Below are positions 46,557-56,523 of a stretch of DNA of 64,000 nt, piece after piece (within the stretch, counting starts at the first letter, position 1; each line of letters begins with the position of its first letter). The notes beneath the pieces are model-generated. The model did not search any database and was not told the DNA's origin. It saw only the letters and a program-made list of their open reading frames with translations. Source of the stretch: Candidatus Rariloculaceae bacterium (GTDB lineage Bacteria > Pseudomonadota > Gammaproteobacteria > Steroidobacterales > Rariloculaceae); the NCBI GenBank assembly GCA_965221035.1, contig OZ244860.1:1468614-1532613 (forward strand). The letters run 5' to 3'. A program made the translations under genes and the position numbers.

Positions 46557-47897
46557 ATGGCGGTCGCCGAGCAACGCGTCGACGTCGACGAGCAACTCAA
46601 CAACAGCCCTGTCGGGCGCTTCCATGCCCTGGTGGTCGCGCTGTGCGGGATGGTCGTGCTGATCGACGGCTACGACCTGGTGGTCATGGGGCTGGTGATT
46701 CCGACCATGTCGGAAGCGTGGGCCGTGGAGCCTTCGGTCTTCGCACCGGCGCTGTCGGCTGCCCTGATCGGCGTGCTGTTCGGTTCGAGCATCGCGGGGA
46801 CGGCCGCAGACGCGTTCGGTCGTCGCTGGACGATGGTGGTCCTGCTCCTGGTCGCCGCCGCGTTCATGCTGTTGTCGGCTCGGGCCGAGACGCTGATCCA
46901 GCTGACCCTGTACCGGTTCATGACCGGTTTCGGCGCCGGGGGGACCATCCCCCTCGCCATCGCGCTGACTTCCGAGTACATGCCGGAACGCAAGCGCAAC
47001 ATGCTGGTGATCCTCATGTACGCCGGCGCACCCATGGGCTCGGTGGTCGGCGGGTTCGTCGCCCCGTGGCTACTTGCGAACTACGGATGGCAGGGAATTT
47101 TCGTGCTGGGGGGCATCCTGCCCCTGGGTGCCGCGCTGGCGGTCGCGCTGCTGCTGCCCGAATCCGTGAGACTGCTGGTGTCGCGAGGCTGCGCCGACGA
47201 TGTGGCCGCGCGCCTGCTGAAACGTGTGAATCCGGCGTTTCAGGCCCGTCCCGGGCAGCATTTCTTTGTGCCGGCGCGGCAACAAGGCGGCAAAATGGCA
47301 GGATTCCGCGAGTTGTTCGGTGGACGCAGGACGCTCACCACGGCGATGGTCTGGATCGTGTTCTTCGCCAACCAGTCGATCATCTTCCTGTTCGCCCTGT
47401 GGCTCCCGACCCTGTTCAGCGAAAGCGACGTTCCTCTGGGCGTCGCACTGTATGTGTACGCGCTATACAAGCTCGGCGGCGCGGTCGGAGGCGTCGCTTT
47501 TGGCGTCATGAGCGATCGGGTTGAACCGGCGAACGTGTTGAGAGTGACCTACCCGATCGCCGCCGTACTCGTGGCGGTGTTGGGCCTGACCACGTTCTCC
47601 GTGCCCTTGCTGGCCGTGACGGCCGTACTGACGGGGATCTGCGTCGGCGGTTCGTCGTTATGCCTGGGGTCGATGACCGCGGGCCTGTACCCCGTGTACG
47701 CCCGTGCAAGTGGCGTCGGCTGGGCGCTCGGCGTCGGTCGTCTTGGCTCGATCGTCAGCCCTTTGCTGGGTGGCGCGGCTATCGCGGCCGGTCTGAGCAT
47801 GCCCTTCATCCTGCTGGTATCCGCCAGTGCTCCGGTGATCTGCGCCATCGGCGTCTGGGTACTGCCCACGCTCACATCGGCGAACAGACCGGCATAG
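46557..47897 (+). CDS. MFS transporter, aromatic acid:H+ symporter-like
   Basis: IDGYD, G..AD.FGRR, SEYMPER.R, LPES and YP..ARASGVGWA..VGRLG motifs. Confidence 0.88.
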   Translation: MAVAEQRVDVDEQLNNSPVGRFHALVVALCGMVVLIDGYDLVVMGLVIPTMSEAWAVEPSVFAPALSAALIGVLFGSSIAGTAADAFGRRWTMVVLLLVAAAFMLLSARAETLIQLTLYRFMTGFGAGGTIPLAIALTSEYMPERKRNMLVILMYAGAPMGSVVGGFVAPWLLANYGWQGIFVLGGILPLGAALAVALLLPESVRLLVSRGCADDVAARLLKRVNPAFQARPGQHFFVPARQQGGKMAGFRELFGGRRTLTTAMVWIVFFANQSIIFLFALWLPTLFSESDVPLGVALYVYALYKLGGAVGGVAFGVMSDRVEPANVLRVTYPIAAVLVAVLGLTTFSVPLLAVTAVLTGICVGGSSLCLGSMTAGLYPVYARASGVGWALGVGRLGSIVSPLLGGAAIAAGLSMPFILLVSASAPVICAIGVWVLPTLTSANRPA

Positions 47898-47903
47898 CAC
47901 GCC

Positions 47904-49262
47904 ATGCTCTACCGCGCCCTCGTCCGCTTCCTTTCGCTTGTCGCCCGCACCTTCTACAAGCGCATAGAAGTGATGGGCCTGGAGAACATCCCGGACCGCG
48001 GCGCCGTGATCCTTGCCGGCAATCATCCCAACGCGCTGATCGACGGGCTGCTGCTGATGTGTCATGCCGGACGCGGACCCGTGCACTTCCTGGGCAACGC
48101 GAAACTGTGGAAAATCCCCCTGCTCGCCCGCCTGCTGGACGCCCTCGGCGCCGTGCCGGTGATGCGCCGCGAGGAACACGGCGCCGACGCGGACAACCGG
48201 GAAGCTTTCGAACGGGTGGACGAAGTGCTGGCGCGCGGTGGCTGCATGGCGATTTTTCCGGAAGGCATCAGCCACACGAACAGCCAGCTCTCGGCGCTCA
48301 AGACCGGCACCGCGAGAATGGCCCTGCGCGCCGCCGCGCGCCCTGACGGTTATGTCACGATCGTGCCTTTCGGACTCACCTACCTCGATCGTCATCGTTT
48401 CAGAAGCCAGGTTCTGCTGCGCTTCGGCGTGCCGATCTCCATCGACAAGCATCGTCTGGCGGCCTATGGCAAGGACAAGTCGGACGCGGTACGAAGACTC
48501 ACCTCGGATCTGCGCGGCCGGCTGTCCCGCGTCACCCTGAACGCTCCCGACTGGGACACGTTGCGCTTCATTCACGCCGCGCGGCGCCTGTACAAACCCA
48601 TGTCAGCCAATCTCACGCCGTCCATCTATGTGGACCTGAGCCGCCGTTTCCTGGAGCACTATGCGCGGTTCGCCGGCGAGCCGGAAATTCAGCGGCTGCG
48701 CGCGGAAATCGAGGCGTACCAGACGCAGCTGGATCTCCTTGGGCTGAAGGACCATCAACTCAACCACCCTGTCAGCGCGCACATCGCCATGACGAGGATC
48801 GTCTGGCGCACGGCCCTGGTCATCCTGCTGCTGCCGCTGGCACTGCCAGGGGCGATTGTCGTGTTGCCGATCGCCTGGCTGGCCGCAAAGGTCAGTTCCT
48901 GGTACAGCTACGATGTGGACGATATCGCCACCCTGAAAGTTACGACGGCCGTTCCGGTGCTGTTGGCCGTCTACACGCTCGTCACCATCTGGGTTGGACT
49001 GGCCTTCGGATGGGGCTGGGCGATCCTGGCCATACTCCTGATACCGGTCAGTTTGTTCGCCACGTTGTTTGTGCTGGAAAAACAGGCGCGCCTGCTGGTC
49101 TCGATTCGAAGCGTCTTTCGGCTCGCCTGGCTGCGCGGCGACATCGAGGCGCTTGGAGACGAGAGGAAGAGACTGGTCGCTGCAGTGCGTACCGCCGTGA
49201 ACCGCTACGCAGACCCCCGCATTCGACGGATCTTCGATGCCTCGGACTTTGGCGGTCAATAG
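47904..49262 (+). CDS. Lysophospholipid/glycerol acyltransferase family protein
   Basis: NHPNALID (HX4D), FPEG and LKTG motifs; C-terminal TMs. Confidence 0.9.
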   Translation: MLYRALVRFLSLVARTFYKRIEVMGLENIPDRGAVILAGNHPNALIDGLLLMCHAGRGPVHFLGNAKLWKIPLLARLLDALGAVPVMRREEHGADADNREAFERVDEVLARGGCMAIFPEGISHTNSQLSALKTGTARMALRAAARPDGYVTIVPFGLTYLDRHRFRSQVLLRFGVPISIDKHRLAAYGKDKSDAVRRLTSDLRGRLSRVTLNAPDWDTLRFIHAARRLYKPMSANLTPSIYVDLSRRFLEHYARFAGEPEIQRLRAEIEAYQTQLDLLGLKDHQLNHPVSAHIAMTRIVWRTALVILLLPLALPGAIVVLPIAWLAAKVSSWYSYDVDDIATLKVTTAVPVLLAVYTLVTIWVGLAFGWGWAILAILLIPVSLFATLFVLEKQARLLVSIRSVFRLAWLRGDIEALGDERKRLVAAVRTAVNRYADPRIRRIFDASDFGGQ

Positions 49263-49274
49263 CCTGCCGACACG

Positions 49275-50492
49275 CTACAACGAATACCCGACCATGAACC
49301 AGACCTTGGTCGTATCTGTGTCATACCCGTCCGCATCGTATCGGGCGAACTTGAACTCCAGGCCCACTCGGTTCGGGAGCGTGTAGGTGACGTCGAAACC
49401 GATTTCAGAACCGTAGCTCCGCCCGCCCTGGTGCGCGGTGAAGTCGTGGTACACACCCATGAGCCTCGCGCCGCCGAGATTTCCCGCCACACTGAACCAC
49501 AAGTCCCTGACGCCGTCCGGCGGCGCGATGAGGAACTTGTCGGTCCATCCCTGGCGGGCGTGAATGGTCCCCAAGGGCGTCCGCACCGCCCTGCGGCCGT
49601 CGTCGCTGCCAAGCAATTCGTAGCCCAGCGTCAGCACGGTCTCTCCGCCCAGCGGAAAATCGCCACGGAACGTGTACAACGGCGCATTGTAGGTCACGGG
49701 GTTATCGGCCCACTCGGATTGTCGGGAAAGGGTGACGTTCACGGTCGCCAGGTCGAATTCACCGCGATAGGAAATGCCGTAGGAGGCGTTGGAATTGGGC
49801 GGGCCGTTGTCGTTGCTCAAGTCGAGCAGGTACGCGAATGCGGCGACCTCCTGGCCCGGCGCCGACTGCAGGGATCCGCGCAGGAGGTGGGTGTCGCCGT
49901 ACCAGTCCCCGGGTTGCAGTCCGTCGCCCGGCCCGAAAATCCGGTTGATGTTGTTCACATAGCTGTAATCCAGCGTTGCATCGCCGCGGAACCACTGCAC
50001 CCGCAAGGCATCGAAAGTCTGTTCGTTCTGCCGAAACGCCGCCCCGCCCACGAAGCGCTGGGAGCCCAGGTTGATGCGCTGGCGGCCCGCCGTCACGGTC
50101 AACCCGTCAACGGCGTACTTCAGAAAGGCCTGGTTGAGATCGCCGCCCTCGGGGTCGGCGATGATCGGGAACTGCGTCTTGCCGTTGGTGGTGGAATTGA
50201 AGTCCTCGATGCCCGCCCAGAAGACGTAATCCGCTTCCAGCCCGAAACTCCAGGCATCGGACCGGGCCGAATTCCAGGTCCAGCGCCCCAGCGCCGTGGA
50301 CGCCAGCGCCCGCTCGTCGAAGTCGGCCTGGTCCACGTGCTCCAGCCGATAGCGGACGCGGAGCGAAGTCGTTCCATTGGTGACCATTTCGCGCAATCCC
50401 GACGCCGCCGACTGGGCCTGCGCAATGGGCGCGGCCAAGGTGAGTGCCAGGACAGCGGGCACCGCCCGGCCGGCATGTGAGGTGGATTCCAT
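49275..50492 (-). CDS. Alginate-export (AlgE-like) outer-membrane beta-barrel
   Basis: RYRLE.VDQ, DLNQA, GRQRI, RFVG...FRQNEQTFDA and H...GW.DKF motifs. Confidence 0.8.
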   Translation of the reverse strand: MESTSHAGRAVPAVLALTLAAPIAQAQSAASGLREMVTNGTTSLRVRYRLEHVDQADFDERALASTALGRWTWNSARSDAWSFGLEADYVFWAGIEDFNSTTNGKTQFPIIADPEGGDLNQAFLKYAVDGLTVTAGRQRINLGSQRFVGGAAFRQNEQTFDALRVQWFRGDATLDYSYVNNINRIFGPGDGLQPGDWYGDTHLLRGSLQSAPGQEVAAFAYLLDLSNDNGPPNSNASYGISYRGEFDLATVNVTLSRQSEWADNPVTYNAPLYTFRGDFPLGGETVLTLGYELLGSDDGRRAVRTPLGTIHARQGWTDKFLIAPPDGVRDLWFSVAGNLGGARLMGVYHDFTAHQGGRSYGSEIGFDVTYTLPNRVGLEFKFARYDADGYDTDTTKVWFMVGYSL

Positions 50493-50494
50493 GT

Positions 50495-52645
50495 TCAATC
50501 GCCCTCCTCCGCCTGTTGGAGCGGCGCTTCCAACGGCAACTCGATGATCATTTCGGTGAACTCGCCTGGCTCGGTTTCCACCTGGATCGTGCCACCGTGC
50601 TCTCGAACGATGTCGCTGGACATGGCAAGACCCAGGCCCGTGCCCTCGCCGCTGGGCTTGGTCGTGAAGAACGGGTTGAAGATCTTCTCCACCACATGGG
50701 GCGGCATCCCGCTGCCGTTGTCGCGGATGCGTATCTCGATATTCCTGGCGCCACGCCGGGTCTTGAGCCAGATCCTCGGTTCGTAACCGTCGACTTCCGC
50801 GGACTTGCGCTTCTCGTCCGTGGCGTAGCAGGCGTTGCCGACCATGTTCAGGAAGACGCGGCCCAGATCCTGGGATATAACGTCCATTTCGCCGACCTCG
50901 GGATCGAGATCCCTCAGGATATCGATCTGAAACTCGGAGTCGGTGGCCCGGGCGCTGTGGTAGGCGAGTTTCGCGTATTCGTCCAGCAGGCCATTGATGT
51001 CGGTCGGCTGCAGGTCACCCGATCCCCGACCCATCCGCAGCATGTCGTGGACGATGCGGTTTGCGCGGTCGCCGTGGGAACGGATTCGCTGCAGGTTGCC
51101 GGCCAGGTCGCCGGTGATCTCGTCGATGTAGGTTCGATCATCCTCGGGAACGCGTTCCTGAATGTCTTCAAGCGCTTCCTTCAGTTCATTGATGAGTTCT
51201 TCCGACGCTTCCGAGAAATTCTTAACGAAATTCAGCGGATTACGGATTTCGTGCGCGACGCCGGCGGTCAGCTCGCCCAGGGCGGCGAGTTTTTCGCGCA
51301 TCACGATCTGATCCTGGGCGTTGCGAAGGTCCTCCAGCACCGATTCCAGCTGTTCGTTCTTGCCCTTCAGTTCATTCGCCAGCTTCTCCACCAGGTTCAG
51401 GCGCTGAACTTCCAGGGCGTGGCGGCGGAACACCTCCAGCGCTGCTGCCATGTCGGCCACTTCGTCGTTGCCGCCGATGTCGACGGTGGTTTCGAGATCA
51501 CCGCCCGCCATGCGCCGCATCCAGCGCGACAATTGCTCCAGCCGGAACAGCAGCACGCGACCTACAAACAGCCAGGCGACGAGCAGGGCGCTGCCCACGC
51601 TGACGGCGCTGATGGTCAGCAGCAGATTGCGCCCCGTCAGGATCGCATTCTCGGATGCCGTGGTGGCGTCCAGGGTGCTCATCTGCGCTTCGTTCACCAG
51701 CAGATCGACCTCCGAGACCAGGTCGAAGGCGATGTCCTGGTTGCCGGCGAGCAGAGCGACCTGGAGTTCGCCCAATTCCAGTTCCCGGATCAGCAGGTTG
51801 AAGCCGCTGGACTCCCCAAGGCCCAACTCGATCAGGCGGGCGAATACGGGTGCGAGTTCGGCGTGCAGCGGGGTCGTTCGCAAATCGGAAAGGTTGCGCT
51901 CGATTCGGCTGGCCGCAGCTTCGAAGCGCTCCCGCAAGGGCTCAACCAGCGACGCTTCGGTGAGCGTGAACGCGCTCGCCAGCAGTTGCGTGGACAGCGT
52001 CGCGTCGGCCTGGAGCTCGGCCAGATACCGGTAGCGTCCGAATTCGCCTTCCGAGAAGTGTTCCGCGCGCGGCGCCGGCGCATCGCCCAGTTCCCGGTAA
52101 CCGGTCACAGTATAGAAGAGCTGATTGTCGATGGCCGGGACCAGGATGTCGTCCAACTGCACCCGCAGGTCCTCAAGCTCCAGACGCAGCGCCTCGCGGC
52201 GTTCGGTAAGCTCGAACGACGCGGCAACCTCTCCGCGCAGTGCCTGGATATTCGAGATCAGCATGTCGGAATACGCCCGGATGCGCTCGAACCTTCCCGG
52301 GTCCGCGTCCATCCCCTCAAGCACCTCCAGCCTCGCCTCGAAGGCGACACGAGAGCCGTCGATGTCGATCATGATGTCGCGGAAATCGTCCTCGGTCGCG
52401 GCCGCCGTCAGACGGGGCGCGGCGGCCACCAGGGCACTGCTGAACTGCGCCACACCGAATGCCGCCGCCATGTCCGGGACGCTGCCCTCATTGACGACCC
52501 GCTGAACCTCGCCCACCCGGTTGAGCAGGAACCACCCCACGAGGCTCGCCGAAAGGGTCAGCACGACGGCCACTCCGATGGTGAGATAGAGCTGGGTGGA
52601 AATCCGCGAGCGAGCCTTGTTGATGGCCTTGAGCCAGCGCTTCAT
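50495..52645 (-). CDS. Sensor histidine kinase with TorS-like periplasmic domain and HAMP
   Basis: Two TMs; DEVADMA HAMP; AHEIRNPLNF; DNGSG, FFTTK and GTGLGL motifs. Confidence 0.92.
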   Translation of the reverse strand: MKRWLKAINKARSRISTQLYLTIGVAVVLTLSASLVGWFLLNRVGEVQRVVNEGSVPDMAAAFGVAQFSSALVAAAPRLTAAATEDDFRDIMIDIDGSRVAFEARLEVLEGMDADPGRFERIRAYSDMLISNIQALRGEVAASFELTERREALRLELEDLRVQLDDILVPAIDNQLFYTVTGYRELGDAPAPRAEHFSEGEFGRYRYLAELQADATLSTQLLASAFTLTEASLVEPLRERFEAAASRIERNLSDLRTTPLHAELAPVFARLIELGLGESSGFNLLIRELELGELQVALLAGNQDIAFDLVSEVDLLVNEAQMSTLDATTASENAILTGRNLLLTISAVSVGSALLVAWLFVGRVLLFRLEQLSRWMRRMAGGDLETTVDIGGNDEVADMAAALEVFRRHALEVQRLNLVEKLANELKGKNEQLESVLEDLRNAQDQIVMREKLAALGELTAGVAHEIRNPLNFVKNFSEASEELINELKEALEDIQERVPEDDRTYIDEITGDLAGNLQRIRSHGDRANRIVHDMLRMGRGSGDLQPTDINGLLDEYAKLAYHSARATDSEFQIDILRDLDPEVGEMDVISQDLGRVFLNMVGNACYATDEKRKSAEVDGYEPRIWLKTRRGARNIEIRIRDNGSGMPPHVVEKIFNPFFTTKPSGEGTGLGLAMSSDIVREHGGTIQVETEPGEFTEMIIELPLEAPLQQAEEGD

Positions 52646-53991
52646 GGCCCCGTCGTCCGAATGCCCGCTATGGGGAGGTAGGCGCCCGCATCGCCGATGG
52701 CGGTCAGGAAGACCGCATCCGAGCCCTGGTTGTCGCCGTCCCCGTAACGCAGCTCGAAGCCGTCGATGTCCACGGTTCCCGTGCTGCGCAAGCTGTCAAG
52801 GAAGCACTCCCGGCTGAGTTCCGCACCACACCGCTGCAGTCCTTCGATGGCGAGACGGCCGGCCAGGTAACCCTCCAGGGAGACGAATCCGGGCATGGCG
52901 TCCGGAGCGTGGGCGGCGAGCGCGTCCTGGTAGCTGGAAACAACCGGCAGCGAATCGTCGGTGGGGAAAGGCACCACCTGCGTTACCACCACCCCGGCTC
53001 CCGATTCCCCCAGCGCCTGCGCCAGGGCGTTGCTGCCGACGAACGACACGGTCAGGAACACCGCCTCCAAACCGGTGTGCCGGGCCCAACGGATCAGTGT
53101 CGATACGGGTTGGTAGGCGCCGATCATGATCACCGCCTGCGGTTCCCCCTGGCGCAGGTCCAGCAAGGCGGTTTTCACCGCGTCGGTATTGCGCGGATAC
53201 AGTCCGATCGCCACTGGTTCCATGCCCCTTCGCTCCAGCGCCAGGCGCACACCCTGGTATCCGTCGCGTCCGAACGAGTCATCCTGGTACATGACCGCGA
53301 TGCGGTCGATGCCCAGGTCACCGGTCAGGCGGGCAACCATTTCCTCGGTCTCCTGCCGGTACGAGGCCCGCAGGTTGATCACATTATCCAGTGCGGAATC
53401 GCGCAGGAACGCGGCGCCGGTGAATGGCGCGATATAGGGAACGCCGGCCTCGGCGGCGACCGGCGTGGCCGACCGTGATGTCGGCGTGCCCACCGCGCCG
53501 ATCAGCGCGAACACCCGTTCCTGCTCGATGAGTTGCAGCGTATTCACCACTGCCGCGTCAGGTTCGTAGGCATCGTCCAGGGACACCAGCTCAAGCACGC
53601 GACCATGCACGCCGCCGCGATCATTGACTTCCCGAAACGCCGCCTCGATGCCGCGTCGCATGCCCAGGCCGAGCTCCCGGGCGGGACCGGTGAATGCCGC
53701 CGACTGCCCGAACAGCACGCTCTCGCCGGTAACGCCGTGGGTCGCCTCAACCTCCGCGTCGGGAAGGGTTTGGGAGAACTCGGGCTCAGGCGCCGGCGCT
53801 GCCGGCGTGGCCGGCAGCTCCCCGGTCTCCGGAGAGCACGCCACGAGTCCCAGACAGACCGTCCCCGCAACCAGCCCGTACGAGCGGCGCCGCGACTTTC
53901 CGAGACCTCCCCAGGCACCGTGCGGCTTGCCGAGGCGTGCCGCGAAGCCCCCGAGGCGCCGGATCCAAGGTCGTCTGAACGAACGGCTCAT
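52642..53991 (-). CDS. Type I (LivJ-like) substrate-binding lipoprotein; start uncertain
   Basis: Lipobox LVAC; GQSA..TGP, N..GGV.GR, DDAYEP, VGTPT, RASY..E and EGY motifs. Confidence 0.85.
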   Translation of the reverse strand: MSRSFRRPWIRRLGGFAARLGKPHGAWGGLGKSRRRSYGLVAGTVCLGLVACSPETGELPATPAAPAPEPEFSQTLPDAEVEATHGVTGESVLFGQSAAFTGPARELGLGMRRGIEAAFREVNDRGGVHGRVLELVSLDDAYEPDAAVVNTLQLIEQERVFALIGAVGTPTSRSATPVAAEAGVPYIAPFTGAAFLRDSALDNVINLRASYRQETEEMVARLTGDLGIDRIAVMYQDDSFGRDGYQGVRLALERRGMEPVAIGLYPRNTDAVKTALLDLRQGEPQAVIMIGAYQPVSTLIRWARHTGLEAVFLTVSFVGSNALAQALGESGAGVVVTQVVPFPTDDSLPVVSSYQDALAAHAPDAMPGFVSLEGYLAGRLAIEGLQRCGAELSRECFLDSLRSTGTVDIDGFELRYGDGDNQGSDAVFLTAIGDAGAYLPIAGIRTTGP

Positions 53992-54030
53992 GCGATTCAA
54001 CGGATCACCCCGGGTTTGGCGCCGGAGCGA

Positions 54031-55206
54031 TCAGTTACCGTCGTCTCCGCGCCGCAGCGTCAGGCAGGTGATGTCATCGGACTGGGGCGTATCCTGGGCA
54101 AACCGATGTACCGCGTCGAATATGGCCATGGTGGCATTGCCGGAACTCGTGGGCGCGTCGCGGGCGAACATGGCGCGAAGGTCATCCAGGCCGTATTGCT
54201 CGCCATCGGCGTTCATCGCCTCGGTGACGCCGTCGGTATACAGCACGACCGAGTCGCCGGGTTGCAGCTTGATGGTCTGTTGATCATAGGTCAGTCCGGG
54301 CATGACACCCAGCGCGATGCCCTTGGTCGGCTGCAGAAGCGTGGAGCTGCCGTCCGCATGGATGATCAGGGGACTGTCGTGACCACCGTTCGCGTAAGTG
54401 AGTTCCCTGGTCTTCGGGTCGTAGACCGCGTACAGCACGGTGACGAACATCGCCGCTTCGTTCTCGTCGCAGAGCTGGTCGTTCACCTCCCGCAGCACGT
54501 CTCCCGGCTCGCTCCCGCCAATCGCCGTGCCCTTGAGAAGCGTTCGCGTGGACATCATGAACAGCGCGGCCGGCACGCCCTTGTCGGACACGTCCGCAAT
54601 GGCCAGTCCGACCCGCCCGTATTCGAGCCTCAGCACATCGAAGAAATCGCCTCCGACGTTTCGCGCCGCCTCCATGTGGCCGAAAACCTCGTATCCGTCC
54701 TCGCCGGGAAATTCAGTCGGCAGGATGGACTGCTGGATCTTGGTGGCGACATCCAGTTCGTTCTGCAAGGTGATCAACTTGTCGCGGGAGGCGATCGCCT
54801 CGCGCCACTCGGCCAGGTGAGTGAGCGTTCGGTCAATGGTGACGCGCAGATCGTCGAAGTCGATGGGTTTGGTGACAAAGTCGAATGCGCCGCGGTTCAT
54901 GGCGGTGCGGATATTCTTCATGTCGCCGTACGCGGAAATGATCACCGAGCGCAGGTTGGGGGCCACCTTGGCGATCTGCGACAACAGGGCGAGCCCGTCC
55001 ATGCGCGGCATGTTGATGTCGGACAGCACCATGTCGATGGTTGAATCCTGCTCCAGCACCTCAAGCGCTTCGAGGCCGTTGCAGGCAAAGACAAACTCAT
55101 AGCGGCCCTTGCGGATGTCCCGGCGCATGCGTTGCAGCATGAGCGGTTCCAGGTCCGGCTCGTCGTCCACGACGAGAATCTTGGGGGTTTGTAATGTGAG
55201 ACTCAT
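54031..55206 (-). CDS. Response regulator with PP2C/SpoIIE phosphatase output
   Basis: REC motifs VVDDE, SDINMP and KP; PP2C motifs GGDFFD, ADVSDKG, YTDGVTEA and SDDIT. Confidence 0.93.
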   Translation of the reverse strand: MSLTLQTPKILVVDDEPDLEPLMLQRMRRDIRKGRYEFVFACNGLEALEVLEQDSTIDMVLSDINMPRMDGLALLSQIAKVAPNLRSVIISAYGDMKNIRTAMNRGAFDFVTKPIDFDDLRVTIDRTLTHLAEWREAIASRDKLITLQNELDVATKIQQSILPTEFPGEDGYEVFGHMEAARNVGGDFFDVLRLEYGRVGLAIADVSDKGVPAALFMMSTRTLLKGTAIGGSEPGDVLREVNDQLCDENEAAMFVTVLYAVYDPKTRELTYANGGHDSPLIIHADGSSTLLQPTKGIALGVMPGLTYDQQTIKLQPGDSVVLYTDGVTEAMNADGEQYGLDDLRAMFARDAPTSSGNATMAIFDAVHRFAQDTPQSDDITCLTLRRGDDGN

Positions 55207-55306
55207 ACATGAAGTCCTGTAAGGTCCAAGGTTCTTTCCTGCCGCTTATCTTAACCGCAGATGGTGAAATGGCGCACAATTGCCACCGCCGTGTTGAAAT
55301 GATCCG

Positions 55307-56464
55307 GTGTCGCACCCACCGCTTTCCGTCATGAAGGACCGAATCGACGACATTCTGCTTCCCGCCATAGAGGCCGGCGCCACGCCGGGAGCGGTGGTCA
55401 CGGTCGGGACCCGCGACACCGTCCTGGTCGAGCGCGCCCTGGGCCGCCTCAGCTATGCCCCCGGTGCCGACCCGGTGACAGCCGACACGATTTACGACCT
55501 GGCCTCCCTTACCAAGGTCCTCGTCACCACGCCGCTGGTCATGTCGCTGTATGAGGCCCGCCGCCTCGATCTCGACGCACCCGTCAACCGCCATGTTCCG
55601 GAATTCGCAGGCGGCGCCAGGAACCGCGTCACCATCGCTGACCTGCTGGCCCATTGCGGCGGCTTGCTCTGGTGGACCGACCTGTACCGGCAGGCGCAGG
55701 ATCAACCGGCCTCGGGCATTGCGGGTTACTACCTGAGGCGGATCTGCGAAATGCCCCTCGACTACGAGCCGCGTTCCCGCACGGTCTATTCCGATCTGGG
55801 TTTCCTCTTGCTGGGATCGGTGCTGGAACGACTGACGGGAACCACGCTGGATCGGCTTGCTACGGACAGGATATTCGCACCCTTGGGCATGGACGACATC
55901 CACTTCAACCCTCCGGCGTCTCTTCGGTGCCGGATCGCTCCGACCGAGGACGACCCGGACCGGGGCGGCGTACTGATCGGGCAGGTGCACGACGAGAACG
56001 CCAGCCGCCTCGGTGGGGTGGCGCCCCACGCGGGCCTGTTCGCAACGGCGCGAAGCCTGGTGCCCTTCGCGCAGCTGTGGCTCAACGGCGGCCAGCTGAA
56101 CGGCGTCCCGTTTTTCCGGTCGTCGACCGTGGCGCGGTTTGCCCGCCGGGCCGGACTCGTGGACGAAAGCAGCCGGGCGCTGGGTTGGGACACGCCTGCG
56201 CCAGGCAGTTCCTGCGGACAGCATTTCACGACCGCCGCCTTCGGGCATACCGGCTTTACCGGAACCTCCATGTGGATGGACCCCAACAGGGACCTGTTCG
56301 TCATCCTGCTGACCAACCGGGTTCACCCGACCCGCGACAATTCGCTGCTGGCGCAGCTTCGTCCGGCGCTTCACGATGCCGTGGTGGAGTCCATGGGTAC
56401 GACGATCAATCCGGATCCGGCGGGCCGCCCGAACGGGCGCCCTCCGGTCGACCGCGCGTTGTGA
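55307..56464 (+). CDS. Serine hydrolase, beta-lactamase family
   Basis: ASLTK (SxxK), LLAH.GGL, YSD, HAGLF, GHTGFTG and LTNR motifs. Confidence 0.9.
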   Translation: MSHPPLSVMKDRIDDILLPAIEAGATPGAVVTVGTRDTVLVERALGRLSYAPGADPVTADTIYDLASLTKVLVTTPLVMSLYEARRLDLDAPVNRHVPEFAGGARNRVTIADLLAHCGGLLWWTDLYRQAQDQPASGIAGYYLRRICEMPLDYEPRSRTVYSDLGFLLLGSVLERLTGTTLDRLATDRIFAPLGMDDIHFNPPASLRCRIAPTEDDPDRGGVLIGQVHDENASRLGGVAPHAGLFATARSLVPFAQLWLNGGQLNGVPFFRSSTVARFARRAGLVDESSRALGWDTPAPGSSCGQHFTTAAFGHTGFTGTSMWMDPNRDLFVILLTNRVHPTRDNSLLAQLRPALHDAVVESMGTTINPDPAGRPNGRPPVDRAL

Positions 56465-56523
56465 TCGCGGTTGCGCTCCGCTTGTTGACAGCCCGGATGG
56501 CAAGCCCTATATCTATGCGCCCC

